64,000 nucleotides of DNA from an uncultured Acidobacteriota bacterium (GTDB lineage Bacteria > Acidobacteriota > Polarisedimenticolia > QHYA01 > CAVVHA01). The position numbers were made by a program, and so were the translations under genes. Numbering within the stretch: position 1 is the stretch's first letter; each line of letters begins with the position of its first letter. Location: the NCBI GenBank assembly GCA_963747925.1, contig CAVVHA010000008.1, forward strand, positions 8,736 to 72,735, written 5' to 3'. Of the stretch, positions 51,435-61,158 are shown one piece after another. The notes beneath the pieces are model-generated. The model saw only the letters and a program-made list of their open reading frames with translations. It did no database searches and was not told the origin of the DNA.

Positions 51435-52910
51435 TTGAACCGAGTGTGTAGATTTTTCCTCATCCGGGCCGGAGCGTTCACCCATGGCCGTCCCGCCTTC
51501 GAGCGGGGCGGAGGCGCCGCTCTCCGGGCCGGTGCGTGGAGAGGGAGCGCCGCCGGGCGCGCGCTCCTCTTCCTCCTTCTGCTCTCCCTGCCGTTCGCAG
51601 CCTCCACCGGCGCGCGCGGGACCGCGATCGCGGCCGGAACCCAGGGGCACGACCCGGCGGCAGGCGCGGATGCCGGGTCCGGTCCGGCGAACGGCGCGCG
51701 CGCCGGCCTCGATCCGGAGGCGCCATCCGACCCGGCCTCCCCTGCCCGGGCGGCGCGCCCCGAGGCCGACGGGCCCCGCTACGCGCTCCCGCTCCTCGGC
51801 TCGTACCGCAAGAGCATGGAGATCGAAACGGAGCTCCTGTCCGCGTGCGTCAAGTACAGCCTCTCCCCGGCCCTCGCTCGCGCCGTCCTTCTCTACGAAT
51901 CGGGAGGGAACGACGGGCTCGTCTCCGGCGCGGGCGCTCGCGGCTACTTCCAGGTGATGCCCGCGACGTTCCGGCTGATGAAGGTGCCGACGAACATCGA
52001 GGCCGGCGTGAAGTACCTATCGCTGATGGTGCGTGACTACCGCCGCGAGGACGACGCCCTCGCCGCCTACAACGGCGGCCCGGGCCGACTGCAGAAGGGG
52101 CGCAAGCTGCCGATGGAGACCCTCCAGTACGTCGTCGGCGTCGGGATCTACCGCACGCTGCTGACGACCGAGGAGGAGGCCATCCGGGCCGAGGCTTCCC
52201 GGCTGCTGCTCCACCGCGTCGCCGCAGGGGACACCTGGGCGTCGATCGCGGCGAGCACGGGGATCCCCGTGCTCGAGCTGCGCCTGTACAACGCCTTCCT
52301 AGCGCCGCGTCCCCTGAAGCCGGGCATGCTCATCGCCCATCCGCGCGCGAGCGTGGGCTCCCTGTTCGAAGCCTCCTCCGCGGCCGGAGGGCCCGAGCAT
52401 TACGTGACCCGCCGGGGGGACAACTACCTGCTGCTCGCGTTCGCGTTCGACGTGGACCTCGAACAGTTCCGCGAGGCCAACGCCCTCTGGCGCGTGCAGG
52501 TCCCCTTCGAAGGGATGCGCCTGGCGGTCTCGAACAGGCCTCCCCGGTTCCTCGGCCCCGAAGCCTCGGGAGAAGCCGCGGTGGGCGCCCCCGATCCGGT
52601 CGCCCCGACGCTCTCGAGCGCCCAGCCCGCGGCCCCCGACAGAGCATCCGGCGGGCCTCCGGCCGCCGCGCCCGAGGGCGCGCCGGAGGGGGGCGAAAGG
52701 GCAGCGGGCCCGCCTTCCGGACCAGGCGATCCGGCGCGCCAGGCCCAGGGACCCCCGCCGGGGCCGCTCGTTCACAAGGTCAAGCGTGGGGAGACCCTGT
52801 ACGGCATCGCCCGTCAGTACGGCGTGAGCGTCGAGACGATCCGCGAAGCCAACAAGCTGCGCCGCTCCAGCCTCGTCGCCGGCCAGGTCCTGAAGATCCC
52901 GCTCGGCTGA
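51435..52910 (+). CDS. Lytic transglycosylase (SLT domain) with two LysM domains; start codon uncertain
   Basis: SLT motifs (ARAVLLYESGGN…GARGYFQVMPATF). LysM 1 (HRVAAGDTWASIAASTGIPVLELRLYNAF). LysM 2 (HKVKRGETLYGIARQYGVSVETIREANKL…GQVLKIP). Confidence 0.75.
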   Translation: MNRVCRFFLIRAGAFTHGRPAFERGGGAALRAGAWRGSAAGRALLFLLLLSLPFAASTGARGTAIAAGTQGHDPAAGADAGSGPANGARAGLDPEAPSDPASPARAARPEADGPRYALPLLGSYRKSMEIETELLSACVKYSLSPALARAVLLYESGGNDGLVSGAGARGYFQVMPATFRLMKVPTNIEAGVKYLSLMVRDYRREDDALAAYNGGPGRLQKGRKLPMETLQYVVGVGIYRTLLTTEEEAIRAEASRLLLHRVAAGDTWASIAASTGIPVLELRLYNAFLAPRPLKPGMLIAHPRASVGSLFEASSAAGGPEHYVTRRGDNYLLLAFAFDVDLEQFREANALWRVQVPFEGMRLAVSNRPPRFLGPEASGEAAVGAPDPVAPTLSSAQPAAPDRASGGPPAAAPEGAPEGGERAAGPPSGPGDPARQAQGPPPGPLVHKVKRGETLYGIARQYGVSVETIREANKLRRSSLVAGQVLKIPLG

Positions 52911-52960
52911 GCCGCCGCCCAGGATGATGGAGATCGAGTACACCCGCAGGTAGCCGCGCC

Positions 52961-53946
52961 ATGAGAGCCGTGATCATCCCCCGCCCCGGCGGGCCAGAGG
53001 TCCTCGAGCTGCGCGAGGTCCCGGATCCACCCTTCGGGGCGGAAGAGGTCCTGGTGAGGGTCCGCGCCTCGGCGATGAACCGCGCCGACCTGCTGCAGCG
53101 GCGCGGCCTCTACCCCGCCCCCCCGGCGCCCCCGCGGACATCCCGGGCCTCGAGATGGCCGGAGAAATCGAAGCCTGCGGAGCCCGGGTCTCCCTCCTGC
53201 GCCCGGGAGACCGGGTGATGGCGATCCTCGCGGGCGGCGGGCACGCGGAGAAGGTGGCCGTGCACGAGCGGCTCTGCATCCCGGTGCCGCCGCGCCTCGG
53301 ATGGGACGGGGCCGGGGCCGTGCCCGAAGCGTTCCTCACCGCGTTCGACGCCCTGTTCCTGCGCGGGGGACTCGAACCCGGCGAGACGGTCCTCCTGCAC
53401 GCCGCCGCCTCGGGGGTCGGCACGGCCGCCGCCCAGCTCGCGCGCGCCGCCGGCGCGCGCGTGATCGGGCTGTCCCGCACGGCGGACAAGCGATCCCGGC
53501 TCGAGGAGCTGGGCCTCGACGCAGTCCTCGATCCGGCGCTCCCGGACCTCGCCGGCCGGATCCGCGCCTCCGCGCCCGGGCCGGGCGGGGTCGGGCTGGT
53601 GATCGATCTGCTCGGCGCCTCGTCCTGGGAGCTCAACCTGGACATCCTCGCCCCGCGCGGACGGCTGGTCCTGGTCGGGACGATGGGGGGATCGCGCGTC
53701 GAGGCCGACCTGTCGGTCCTGATGCGCAAGCGTCTCACGGTCGTCGGCACGGTGCTGCGCTCGCGCCCCCTCGAGGAGAAGCTCGCGCTCGTCCACGATT
53801 TCTGCCCGCGGGTCCTTCCCCTGCTCGCGGACGGGACCGTCCGGCCCATCGTCGACCGGGTCTTCCGGCTCGACGAAGCGGCCGAGGCGCACCGCGCTAT
53901 GGAGAGGAACGAGAGCTTCGGGAAGCTGGTGCTGCGCGCGGACTAG
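52961..53946 (+). CDS. qor: Zn-independent quinone oxidoreductase (MDR family); one frameshift near 53130
   Basis: ORF 52961-53218 (MRAVIIPRPGGPEVLELREVPDPPFGAEEVLVRVRASAMNRADLLQRRGLYP) continues in ORF 53155-53946 (MAGEIEACG…LLHAAASGVGTAAAQLARAAGARVIG…). Confidence 0.75.
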
Positions 53947-54573
53947 ACGCGCCGCAGCCCCTCGGGCGCGATCACGCCGCCGGAGAGGACGATCTTGAAG
54001 GCCTCCTCGGTCGTCATCACGGTGTGGATCACGGACGATTCGGGGAGGAACAGGAGAGCGCCCGAGGTGGGGTTGGGCGAGGTCGGCACGAACACGGCCA
54101 CCGTGCCTTCCGGGATGGACGGCTCCGGGCGGCAGCTCCTGGGTCACGAAGCCGACCATGTAGTGCCCCTTCGCGGGAAACTCCACGAGGACGACCCTCT
54201 GCCGCTTCTCCTTCTTGCCGGCGGAGAAGGCCTCCACGACCTGCTTCGCCGAGGAGTACACGGTCCGCAGGATCGGCAGGCGGGACAGCAGGTGCTCGAA
54301 CCCGTCCTCGAGCTGGCGGCCGATCACGTTCGCCGAGAGCATCCCGAACAGGTAGAAGACCGCCAGCGAGATGAGCAGGCCGACGCCCGGGACCGGGAAG
54401 CCGACCGCGCGGGTGACGATCGGCGCGAAGATCCCGTCCAGGAACCCGAACAGCCACTTCACGACCACGTACGTGACCATGAGGGGGAACGCGGCCAGGG
54501 CTCCCACCACGAAGGTCCGGCGGATGTGGGCCAGGACCCTCGAAGGAACCCCTTTAGCCGCCGAGGTAGGCAT
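53943..54573 (-). CDS. DUF502 family membrane protein; one frameshift near 54130
   Basis: MPTSAAKGVPSRVLAHIRRTFVVGALAAFPLMVTYVVVKWLFGFLDGIFAPIV…FPAKGHYMVGFVTQELP. After a 1-nt shift: EGTVAVFVPTSPNPTSGALLFLPESSVIHTVMTTEEAFKIVLSGGV. Its stop shares a CTAG palindrome with the qor stop. Confidence 0.6.
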
Positions 54574-55273
54574 GGCGGACCCTTTCGTTGGAGGCGAGGC
54601 TTTTCGCGTCGTCCGCGAGGACCACGCGGCCCGTTTCGAGGCAGTAGCCCCGGTGGGCGACGCCGAGCGCCATGTTGGCGTTCTGCTCGACAAGGAGGAT
54701 CGTCGTTCCCTTCGTGTTGATCTCGCGGATCGTGCGGAAGATGGCGGCGACGAGCTGGGGCGCGAGGCCGAGCGAGGGCTCGTCGAGGAGCAGGACGGAC
54801 GGCCTCGACATCATCGCGCGTCCGATCGCCAGCATCTGCAGCTCGCCGCCGGAGAGGGTCGCGCCCCGCTGGCGGTTCCTCTCCTTGAGGACGGGGAAGA
54901 GGGCGTAGACCTTCTCGTAGTCCTCGGCGATCCCCTTCGCGTCCCGGCGCAGGTAGGCGCCCAGCTCGAGATTGTCCCGGACCGTGAGGTTCGGGAAGAT
55001 CCCCCGCCCCTCGGGGACGTGGGAGATGCCGAGGGCCGTGACGATGTGCGGCGGGAGCCCCGTGAGCTCCTCTCCCCGGAAGAGGATCCGCCCGGAGCGC
55101 GGCCGCAGCAGCCCGGAGATCGTGCGCAGCGTGGTCGTCTTCCCCGCGCCGTTGGCCCCGATCAGCGTGACGATCTCCCCCTCGGCGACCTCGAGCGAGA
55201 CGCCGTGCAGCGCCTCGACCGCCCCGTAGGCGACCACCAGCTCCTCCACGGCTAGCAGCGGCTTCGCGCTCAT
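54554..55273 (-). CDS. livF: Branched-chain amino-acid ABC transporter ATP-binding protein
   Basis: 239-aa intact ORF (Walker A GANGAGKTT, signature LSGGELQML). Confidence 0.9.
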   Translation of the reverse strand: MSAKPLLAVEELVVAYGAVEALHGVSLEVAEGEIVTLIGANGAGKTTTLRTISGLLRPRSGRILFRGEELTGLPPHIVTALGISHVPEGRGIFPNLTVRDNLELGAYLRRDAKGIAEDYEKVYALFPVLKERNRQRGATLSGGELQMLAIGRAMMSRPSVLLLDEPSLGLAPQLVAAIFRTIREINTKGTTILLVEQNANMALGVAHRGYCLETGRVVLADDAKSLASNERVRHAYLGG

Positions 55274-56073
55274 GCTCCCGGCCCCGCCGACTCGCCCAGG
55301 TAGGCGGCGATCACCTCGGGATTCGCCTGGATCGCCGCGGGCGTCCCCTCGGCGATGGTGCGCCCGTAGTTCAGGACCAGGATCCGCTCGCAGATCCCCA
55401 TCACGACTTCCATGTTGTGCTCGATCAGGAGGACCGCGAGGTGGAACTCGTCGCGGATCTTGAGGATCGTCTCCATCAGCGCGATCGCCTCGGCCGTGTT
55501 GAGCCCGGCGGCCGGCTCGTCCAGGAGCAGCAGAGACGGCCGCCCCGCCAGCGCCCGGGCGATCTCGAGGCGCCTCTGATCGCCGTACGGGAGGCTGCGC
55601 GCCATCTCGAGGCGGCGCCCGTCCAGGCCGAAGATCGACAGCAGCGCGCGCGACCGCTCGGTGAGGTCCTGCTCCTCCCGGGCGATCGCCGTTTCGAGCA
55701 GGATCCGCGAGGACCCGTAGCGGAGCGTCGCGCCGCCGCCGATCCGGACGTTGTCGAGGACGGTCAGGTCCTTGAAGATCCGGATGTTCTGGAACGTCCG
55801 CGCGATCCCCGCCCGGGCGATCCTGTGGGGCGCGAGCCCGACCATCGAGCGGCCCTGGAAGGACAGCCCTCCCGAGGTCGGCCGGTAGACGCCGGTGAGC
55901 AGGTTGAAGATCGTCGTCTTGCCCGCCCCGTTCGGCCCGATCAGCCCGGCCAGCTCGTAGCGGTTCATGGCGAGCGAGAACTCGCTGACCGCGGTCAGGC
56001 CGCCGAACCGGATCGTCAGCCGGTCGGCGCTCAGGAGCGCCTCCGCCGCGCGGGCGCGCGCCTGCCCGGTCAC
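55270..56073 (-). CDS. livG: Branched-chain amino-acid ABC transporter ATP-binding protein
   Basis: C-terminal 265 aa of ORF 55270-58146 (GTG start VTGQARARAAEALLSADRLTIRFGGLTAV; GPNGAGKTT; YGDQRRLEIARAL). Confidence 0.85.
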   Translation of the reverse strand: MTGQARARAAEALLSADRLTIRFGGLTAVSEFSLAMNRYELAGLIGPNGAGKTTIFNLLTGVYRPTSGGLSFQGRSMVGLAPHRIARAGIARTFQNIRIFKDLTVLDNVRIGGGATLRYGSSRILLETAIAREEQDLTERSRALLSIFGLDGRRLEMARSLPYGDQRRLEIARALAGRPSLLLLDEPAAGLNTAEAIALMETILKIRDEFHLAVLLIEHNMEVVMGICERILVLNYGRTIAEGTPAAIQANPEVIAAYLGESAGPGA

Positions 56074-56075
56074 GA

Positions 56076-57783
56076 GCGCCCCCCGGCCCGGGCGGCGCGC
56101 CGCTCGCGCCACCAGACGCGGATCTCGTGCGTCCCGAACAGCCCCGTCGGCCGCGTCAGCATCAGCGCGATCAGCATGATCGAGTAGAGGACCATCCGCG
56201 GATCGGGCAGCTCCCGGAACAGCACGCTCATGCGGCCCAGCAGGGCGGGCGCCCCGGTTTCGAGGCGCCCAGGCGGCCGCGAACGCGAACGGCGCCAGCA
56301 GGCCGACCGCCGCGAGGCCCCGGTAGCCGGGGACGGGCGCCCCGTCCGGCCTCGCGGCGCGCGCCCGGCGCAGGCCGATCGCCGCCCCGGCCGCCATCCC
56401 GAGCAGCGTCGCGGCCCAGTACTCCGCCCGCGGCGGGAGGGTCGTCCCCAGCAGGGCGCGGTGCGCGACCGCCGCGGCGATCCCCGCCACGGCCCCCAGG
56501 CCGGCCTCGCGGACCCACGCCGGGGCCAGGCCGACGGCCCGCGACGGCAGCGAGACGAGGCGTCGCCGGCCGCCCGCCTGCCTCAGGCGGGCCAGCTCCT
56601 CGCTCCCCAGCCGCGCCCCGGAGCGCATCTTCAGCGCGCTCGCGAGCCGGGCCGCGGCGCGGGCGAGGAGCGCCGCGATGTCCGCCGCGAACAGGGCCAG
56701 GAAGATCAGGGCGAAGAGGATGAACGGGGCCGAGGCGTAGAGCACCGAGGGCTCGGTCAGGTTCCCCAGGAGGTCCTTGGCGTAGCGCAGGAGCTCGGGC
56801 GCGAGGGCGATCAGGACCGCCGCGACGGCGGCCCCCGAGACCGACCCCATGCCGCCGAGCACCACCATGATGATCACCTCGAACGACTTGTCGAACTTGA
56901 ACATGTCCGGGTGCAGGTACTCGTAGTGGTGCCCGAGCAGCCCCCCGGCGATCCCGGCGAAGAACGTGCCGATCGCGAAGGCCTGGATCTTCGTGCGGGT
57001 CGTGTCGATTCCCATCGCCGCCGCGGCGATCTCGTCCTCGCGGACGGCGAGCATCGCCCGGCCGGGAGCCGAGGCGAGCAGGCGGTAGGACACGAAGATC
57101 GAGAGGGCCGCGAACAGGAACACCCAGAACAGGCCGCTGTAGTGCGGCACGGCCGGCAGGCCGCGCGAGGCCCCGATGACGTTCACGTTGGCGATCAGGT
57201 TGCGGATGATCTCGCCGAACCCGAGCGTCACGATCGCGAGGTAGTCGCCCCGCAGGCGCAGCGAGGGGATCCCGACGATGTAGCCGGCCAGGGCCGCCGC
57301 GATCCCGCCGGCGAGCAGCGCCAGCAGGAAGACCAGGCCCTGCCCGAGCTTCCAGGGAAGCGCGTTCAGGACGGCGGCGCCGGCGAACGCGTTCCAGGGC
57401 CCGTTCCAGGGAAGCCACCCCACCCAGCCGGTGGTCCCCGATCCGAGCATCATGGTGAGGTAGGCCGCCGTGTACCCGCCGACCGCCATGAACCCGGCGT
57501 GCCCCATCGAGAACTGCCCCGCGATCCCGTTGATGATGTTGAGGCTGACGGCGAGGGTGACGTAGATGCCGATCTTGATGATGATCTGCCAGACGTAGGA
57601 GTTGACGAGCTGCGGGACCGACAGGTCGAGCAGGACGAGCGCCCCGATCAGGGCGAGCCACCCGGCTCCGGTCGCGGCCAGCCGGATCCGCGGCTCGGCC
57701 GAGCGGTCGTGCCACAGCGCCGCCATCGCGGCGAGGACCAGGGCCGCGGCGCCGGCGAAGGCCAGGATCCAGGCCAGGGTCAT
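56076..57783 (-). CDS. livM: Branched-chain amino-acid ABC transporter permease with a ~230-aa C-terminal extension in the same frame as livG (no intervening stop)
   Basis: MTLAWILAFAGAAALVLAAMAALW…LIIKIGIYVTLAVSLNIINGIAGQFSMGHAGFMAVGGY… within ORF 55270-58146. The ATG overlaps the livH stop (ATGA). Confidence 0.7.
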
Positions 57784-58691
57784 ACCTTCTCGGGTTCGTG
57801 CTTCCCGAGCAGGCCGGCGGGCCGGAAGAGGAGCACGAGGATCAGGATCCCGAACGTGATGGCCGACTGGTACGAGGTCGGAAGCCCGAAGACCACGACG
57901 AACTCGTCGCAAAGCCCGATCAGCAGGCCCCCGAGCATGGCGCCCGGCACGATGCCGATTCCCCCGAGCACGGCGGCGACGAACGCCTTCAGCCCGGGCA
58001 TGACCCCCATCAGGGGGTTGATCTCCCCGTAGTTGAGCGCGTACAGCACGCCCCCGGCCGCGGCCAGGACCGAGCCGATGACGAAGGTCGTCGAGATCAC
58101 CCGGTCGGTGGGGATCCCCATGAGCGAGGCGGTCTCGAAGCTCCACGAGACGGCCCTCATCGCCCGGCCGAACCGGGTCCGGTAGACGATCCAGGAGAGA
58201 GCCGCCATCAGCAGGAAGGAGCTGACCAGGATGATCAGGGGGTAGTTGGTCGCCTCGACGCCGAGGAAGCTGACCCGCTTCTTCGGGATGATCTCGGGGA
58301 ACGACCGGTAGTTCGCGGAGAAGACCATCTGCCCGCCGAACTCCAGCAGGAAGGAGACGCCGATGGCCGTGATGAGCGAGGTGATGCGGTTCGAGTAGCG
58401 CAGCGGCCGGTAGGCGATCCTCTCGTTGAGGAACCCCATCAGCCCGCAGATCCCCATCGCGACGAGGAAGATGATCCCGACCTTGAACGGCTCGAGCGCG
58501 GTGGCGCCCCCGCCGAGGCCGAGCGCGCCGGCCGCGTAGTACCCCATGAACGCGCCGACCATGACGATGTCGGAGTGCGCGAAGTTGATGAGCTTGAGCA
58601 CACCGTACACCATGGTGTAGCCCAGCGCGATCAGGGCGAGGATGCTGCCCGTCGTGATGCCGTTGAAGATGTGCTGGAGGAGCGTCGACAC
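57780..58691 (-). CDS. livH: Branched-chain amino-acid ABC transporter permease
   Basis: 303-aa intact ORF with a GTG start and the typical LivH sequence (MSTLLQHIFNGITTGSILALIALGYTMVYGVLKLINFAH). Confidence 0.9.
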   Translation of the reverse strand: MSTLLQHIFNGITTGSILALIALGYTMVYGVLKLINFAHSDIVMVGAFMGYYAAGALGLGGGATALEPFKVGIIFLVAMGICGLMGFLNERIAYRPLRYSNRITSLITAIGVSFLLEFGGQMVFSANYRSFPEIIPKKRVSFLGVEATNYPLIILVSSFLLMAALSWIVYRTRFGRAMRAVSWSFETASLMGIPTDRVISTTFVIGSVLAAAGGVLYALNYGEINPLMGVMPGLKAFVAAVLGGIGIVPGAMLGGLLIGLCDEFVVVFGLPTSYQSAITFGILILVLLFRPAGLLGKHEPEKV

Positions 58692-58692
58692 G

Positions 58693-59938
58693 TCAGGGCT
58701 GCAGCGTTTCCCTGAGGGCCAGGCTGCCGTCCTTGATCTCCAGGATGACGATCGGCTTCACCGGGTTGCGGTTCTGGTCGAACGTCATCTGCCCCGTGAC
58801 GCCGGCCCACCCCTTGGTTTCGGCCAGGGCGCGGCGGATGGCCTCGCCGTCCGTCGAGCCCGCCCGCGTGATCGCGTCGGCGAGCAGCTTCATGGCGTCG
58901 TAGCCGAGGGCGGCCATCGAGTCGGGGGCCGAGCCGAAGCGCGCCTTGTACTTCGCGACGAAGTTCTTGACCGCCGGGGACTGGTCGCCGGGGTAGTAGT
59001 GGTTCGAGTAGAAGGAGCCGTTGATGGACTCGCCGCCGATCTCGAACAGCTTCGCGGACTCCCAGCCGTCGCCGCCCAGGAGCGGGGCCGTGATCCCCAG
59101 GTCGCGCGCCTGCTTGGAGATCTTCGCGGCGTCGGCGTAGTAGCCGGGCACGTAGATGAAGTCCGGGCCCGCGGACTTGATCTTCGTCAGCTGGGCCCGG
59201 AAGTCGTTGTCCCCCTCGCTGTAGTTCTCGTCGGTCACGACCGTGCCGCCGAGCCTCTTGAACTCGGCCGAGAAGAAGTCCGCGAGGCCGACGCTGTAGT
59301 CGTTGCGGATGTCGCGGAAGATCGCCCCCTTCTTCATCCCCAGGGTGTTCACGGCGAACCGGGCCATGGAGGCCCCCTGGAAGTCGTCCAGGTAGCACAT
59401 CCGGAAGATGTAGTCCCCGACCTGGGTCACCCGCGGGTTGGTCGAGGAGGGAGAGATCATCGGGATCTTCGCGCGCTGCGCGATCGGCGCGGCGGCGAGC
59501 GAGCGGCTCGAGGCGACCTCCCCGATCAGCGCCACGACCTTGTTCTGGTTGATCAGCTTGGTGATGACGGGGGGGACTTCCTCGGGCTTGGACTGGTCGT
59601 CCTCGGTGAAGACCCGGACCGGCTTGCCGAGGACGCCTCCCGCCGCGTTGATCTCCTCCTCGGCGAGGGTGACCCCGCTGTTGGTCGAGGTCCCGAACGC
59701 CGCGGTCGTGCCGGTCATGGAGCCGTACTGGCCGACCGGGATGAAATCCCCGGATGGCGCGCCCGGCGCGGCGGGGGGAGCCCCGCCGGCGGCGGTCTGC
59801 GGACCGCCCGGCGACGAGCACGCGGCGGCGAGCGCCGCGGCCGCGACGAGCAGGCAAAGCGCGAGCCCCGGGGCGACTCCCGCTCGCGCGCCGGCCTGCT
59901 GTTCGACTGCGGGCGACCGCTCTCGCCTCTGGATCATC
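58693..59938 (-). CDS. livK: Branched-chain amino-acid ABC transporter periplasmic substrate-binding lipoprotein
   Basis: Start MIQRRERSPAVEQQAGARAGVAPGLALCLLVAAAALAAAC, then a Leu/Ile/Val-binding-protein fold (C-terminal part of ORF 58693-61854). Confidence 0.85.
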
Positions 59939-60273
59939 GTAACCCCCGTGGTTATTAGGAAATCGGCCGGCAAGTTACCCGATCCCCCCGGCCCTGTCAA
60001 TTGCTGAGTGTTCACCGCAGGCTTCACCGCGGCACCGTGGTCAGCGGGGTCGGCTGCGGGCACAATAAGCCCTGTCGGGGAGGGGCGCTGCCGGCGGAAG
60101 GGCCGCCGGACGTTGACACCCCCCGCGGCTCTTGGATATGCTTCGCCGATCGTGGAGACATCGCTGGATCCTCTCGACAAGGCACCGGGCCTCGTGTGGC
60201 ACGACCATGGTTCTGCCCGGTCGCGGTGCCGGTCATGAAATTGCCGCGACCGACGCGCGGCCCCGGAGATTCC

Positions 60274-61131
60274 ATGAGGGGTAGATCGCTCGCAGCACTT
60301 CTTCTCGTCGTGTCCCTGGTCACGTTGTCCGGCTGCGGGACCCTGAGAACCCGCTACTACATGGCGGAGGGGAACAAGGCCTACAAGGGGCAGAAGTACG
60401 AGGAGGCGATCGGCTACTACAAGAAGATCGTCGGCTTCGACCCCACCAACTGGACCGCGAACTACCAGATCGCGATGTCCTACCTGGCCATGTACCACCC
60501 GGGATCCACCCACCCCAAGGACATCGAGGCCGCCGACAACTCGATCGCGTCCTTCGAGCGCCTGCTCAAGCTCAAGGCCCCGGACCTGGACACCTCCGAG
60601 AAGGTCCGCAACTACTACGTGGCGGTGCTGACCGCCGCGGACAAGACCGACAAGGTGGTCGCCTACTTCGAGGCGATCCTCAAGGCGGACCCCAACAACG
60701 GCCTGATCATGAGCCAGCTGGCCCAGATCTTCGCCAAGAAGGGCGATTTCCAGAACGCGCTGAAGTGGTTCGAAAAGCGGTGCCAGGCCGAGCCGAAGAA
60801 CAAGGAGGCCTGGTACACCGTCGGCGTCGTCTGCTGGGAGCGCTCCTACCGCGGCGGCCCCCTCGTCTCCGACGAGGAGCGCGCCATGGTCATCGAGAAG
60901 GGCCAGGCCGCGCTGGACAAGGCCATGGCGCTCGATCCCGAGTACTTCGAGGCGCTCGCGTACGTCAAGCTGATGTGGCTCGAGAAGATGAAGCTCCTCT
61001 CGGCCCAGGGCAAGGCGGTCGAGGCGGGCGACGCATACACCAAGGCCGACGAGACCAACAAGCAGCTCATGGAGCTGCTGAAGAAGCGCAAGGCGCAGCA
61101 GGCCCAGGCCCCTGCTCCGGCCGCCAAGTAG
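60274..61131 (+). CDS. TPR-repeat lipoprotein (alternative start at 60235)
   Basis: MRGRSLAALLLVVSLVTLSGC lipobox, then TPR-like repeats (YYMAEGNKAYKGQKYEEAIGYYKKIVGFDP…). Confidence 0.7.
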   Translation: MRGRSLAALLLVVSLVTLSGCGTLRTRYYMAEGNKAYKGQKYEEAIGYYKKIVGFDPTNWTANYQIAMSYLAMYHPGSTHPKDIEAADNSIASFERLLKLKAPDLDTSEKVRNYYVAVLTAADKTDKVVAYFEAILKADPNNGLIMSQLAQIFAKKGDFQNALKWFEKRCQAEPKNKEAWYTVGVVCWERSYRGGPLVSDEERAMVIEKGQAALDKAMALDPEYFEALAYVKLMWLEKMKLLSAQGKAVEAGDAYTKADETNKQLMELLKKRKAQQAQAPAPAAK

Positions 61132-61158
61132 ACGGGCGCACGGAAGCGAGGAAAATCC

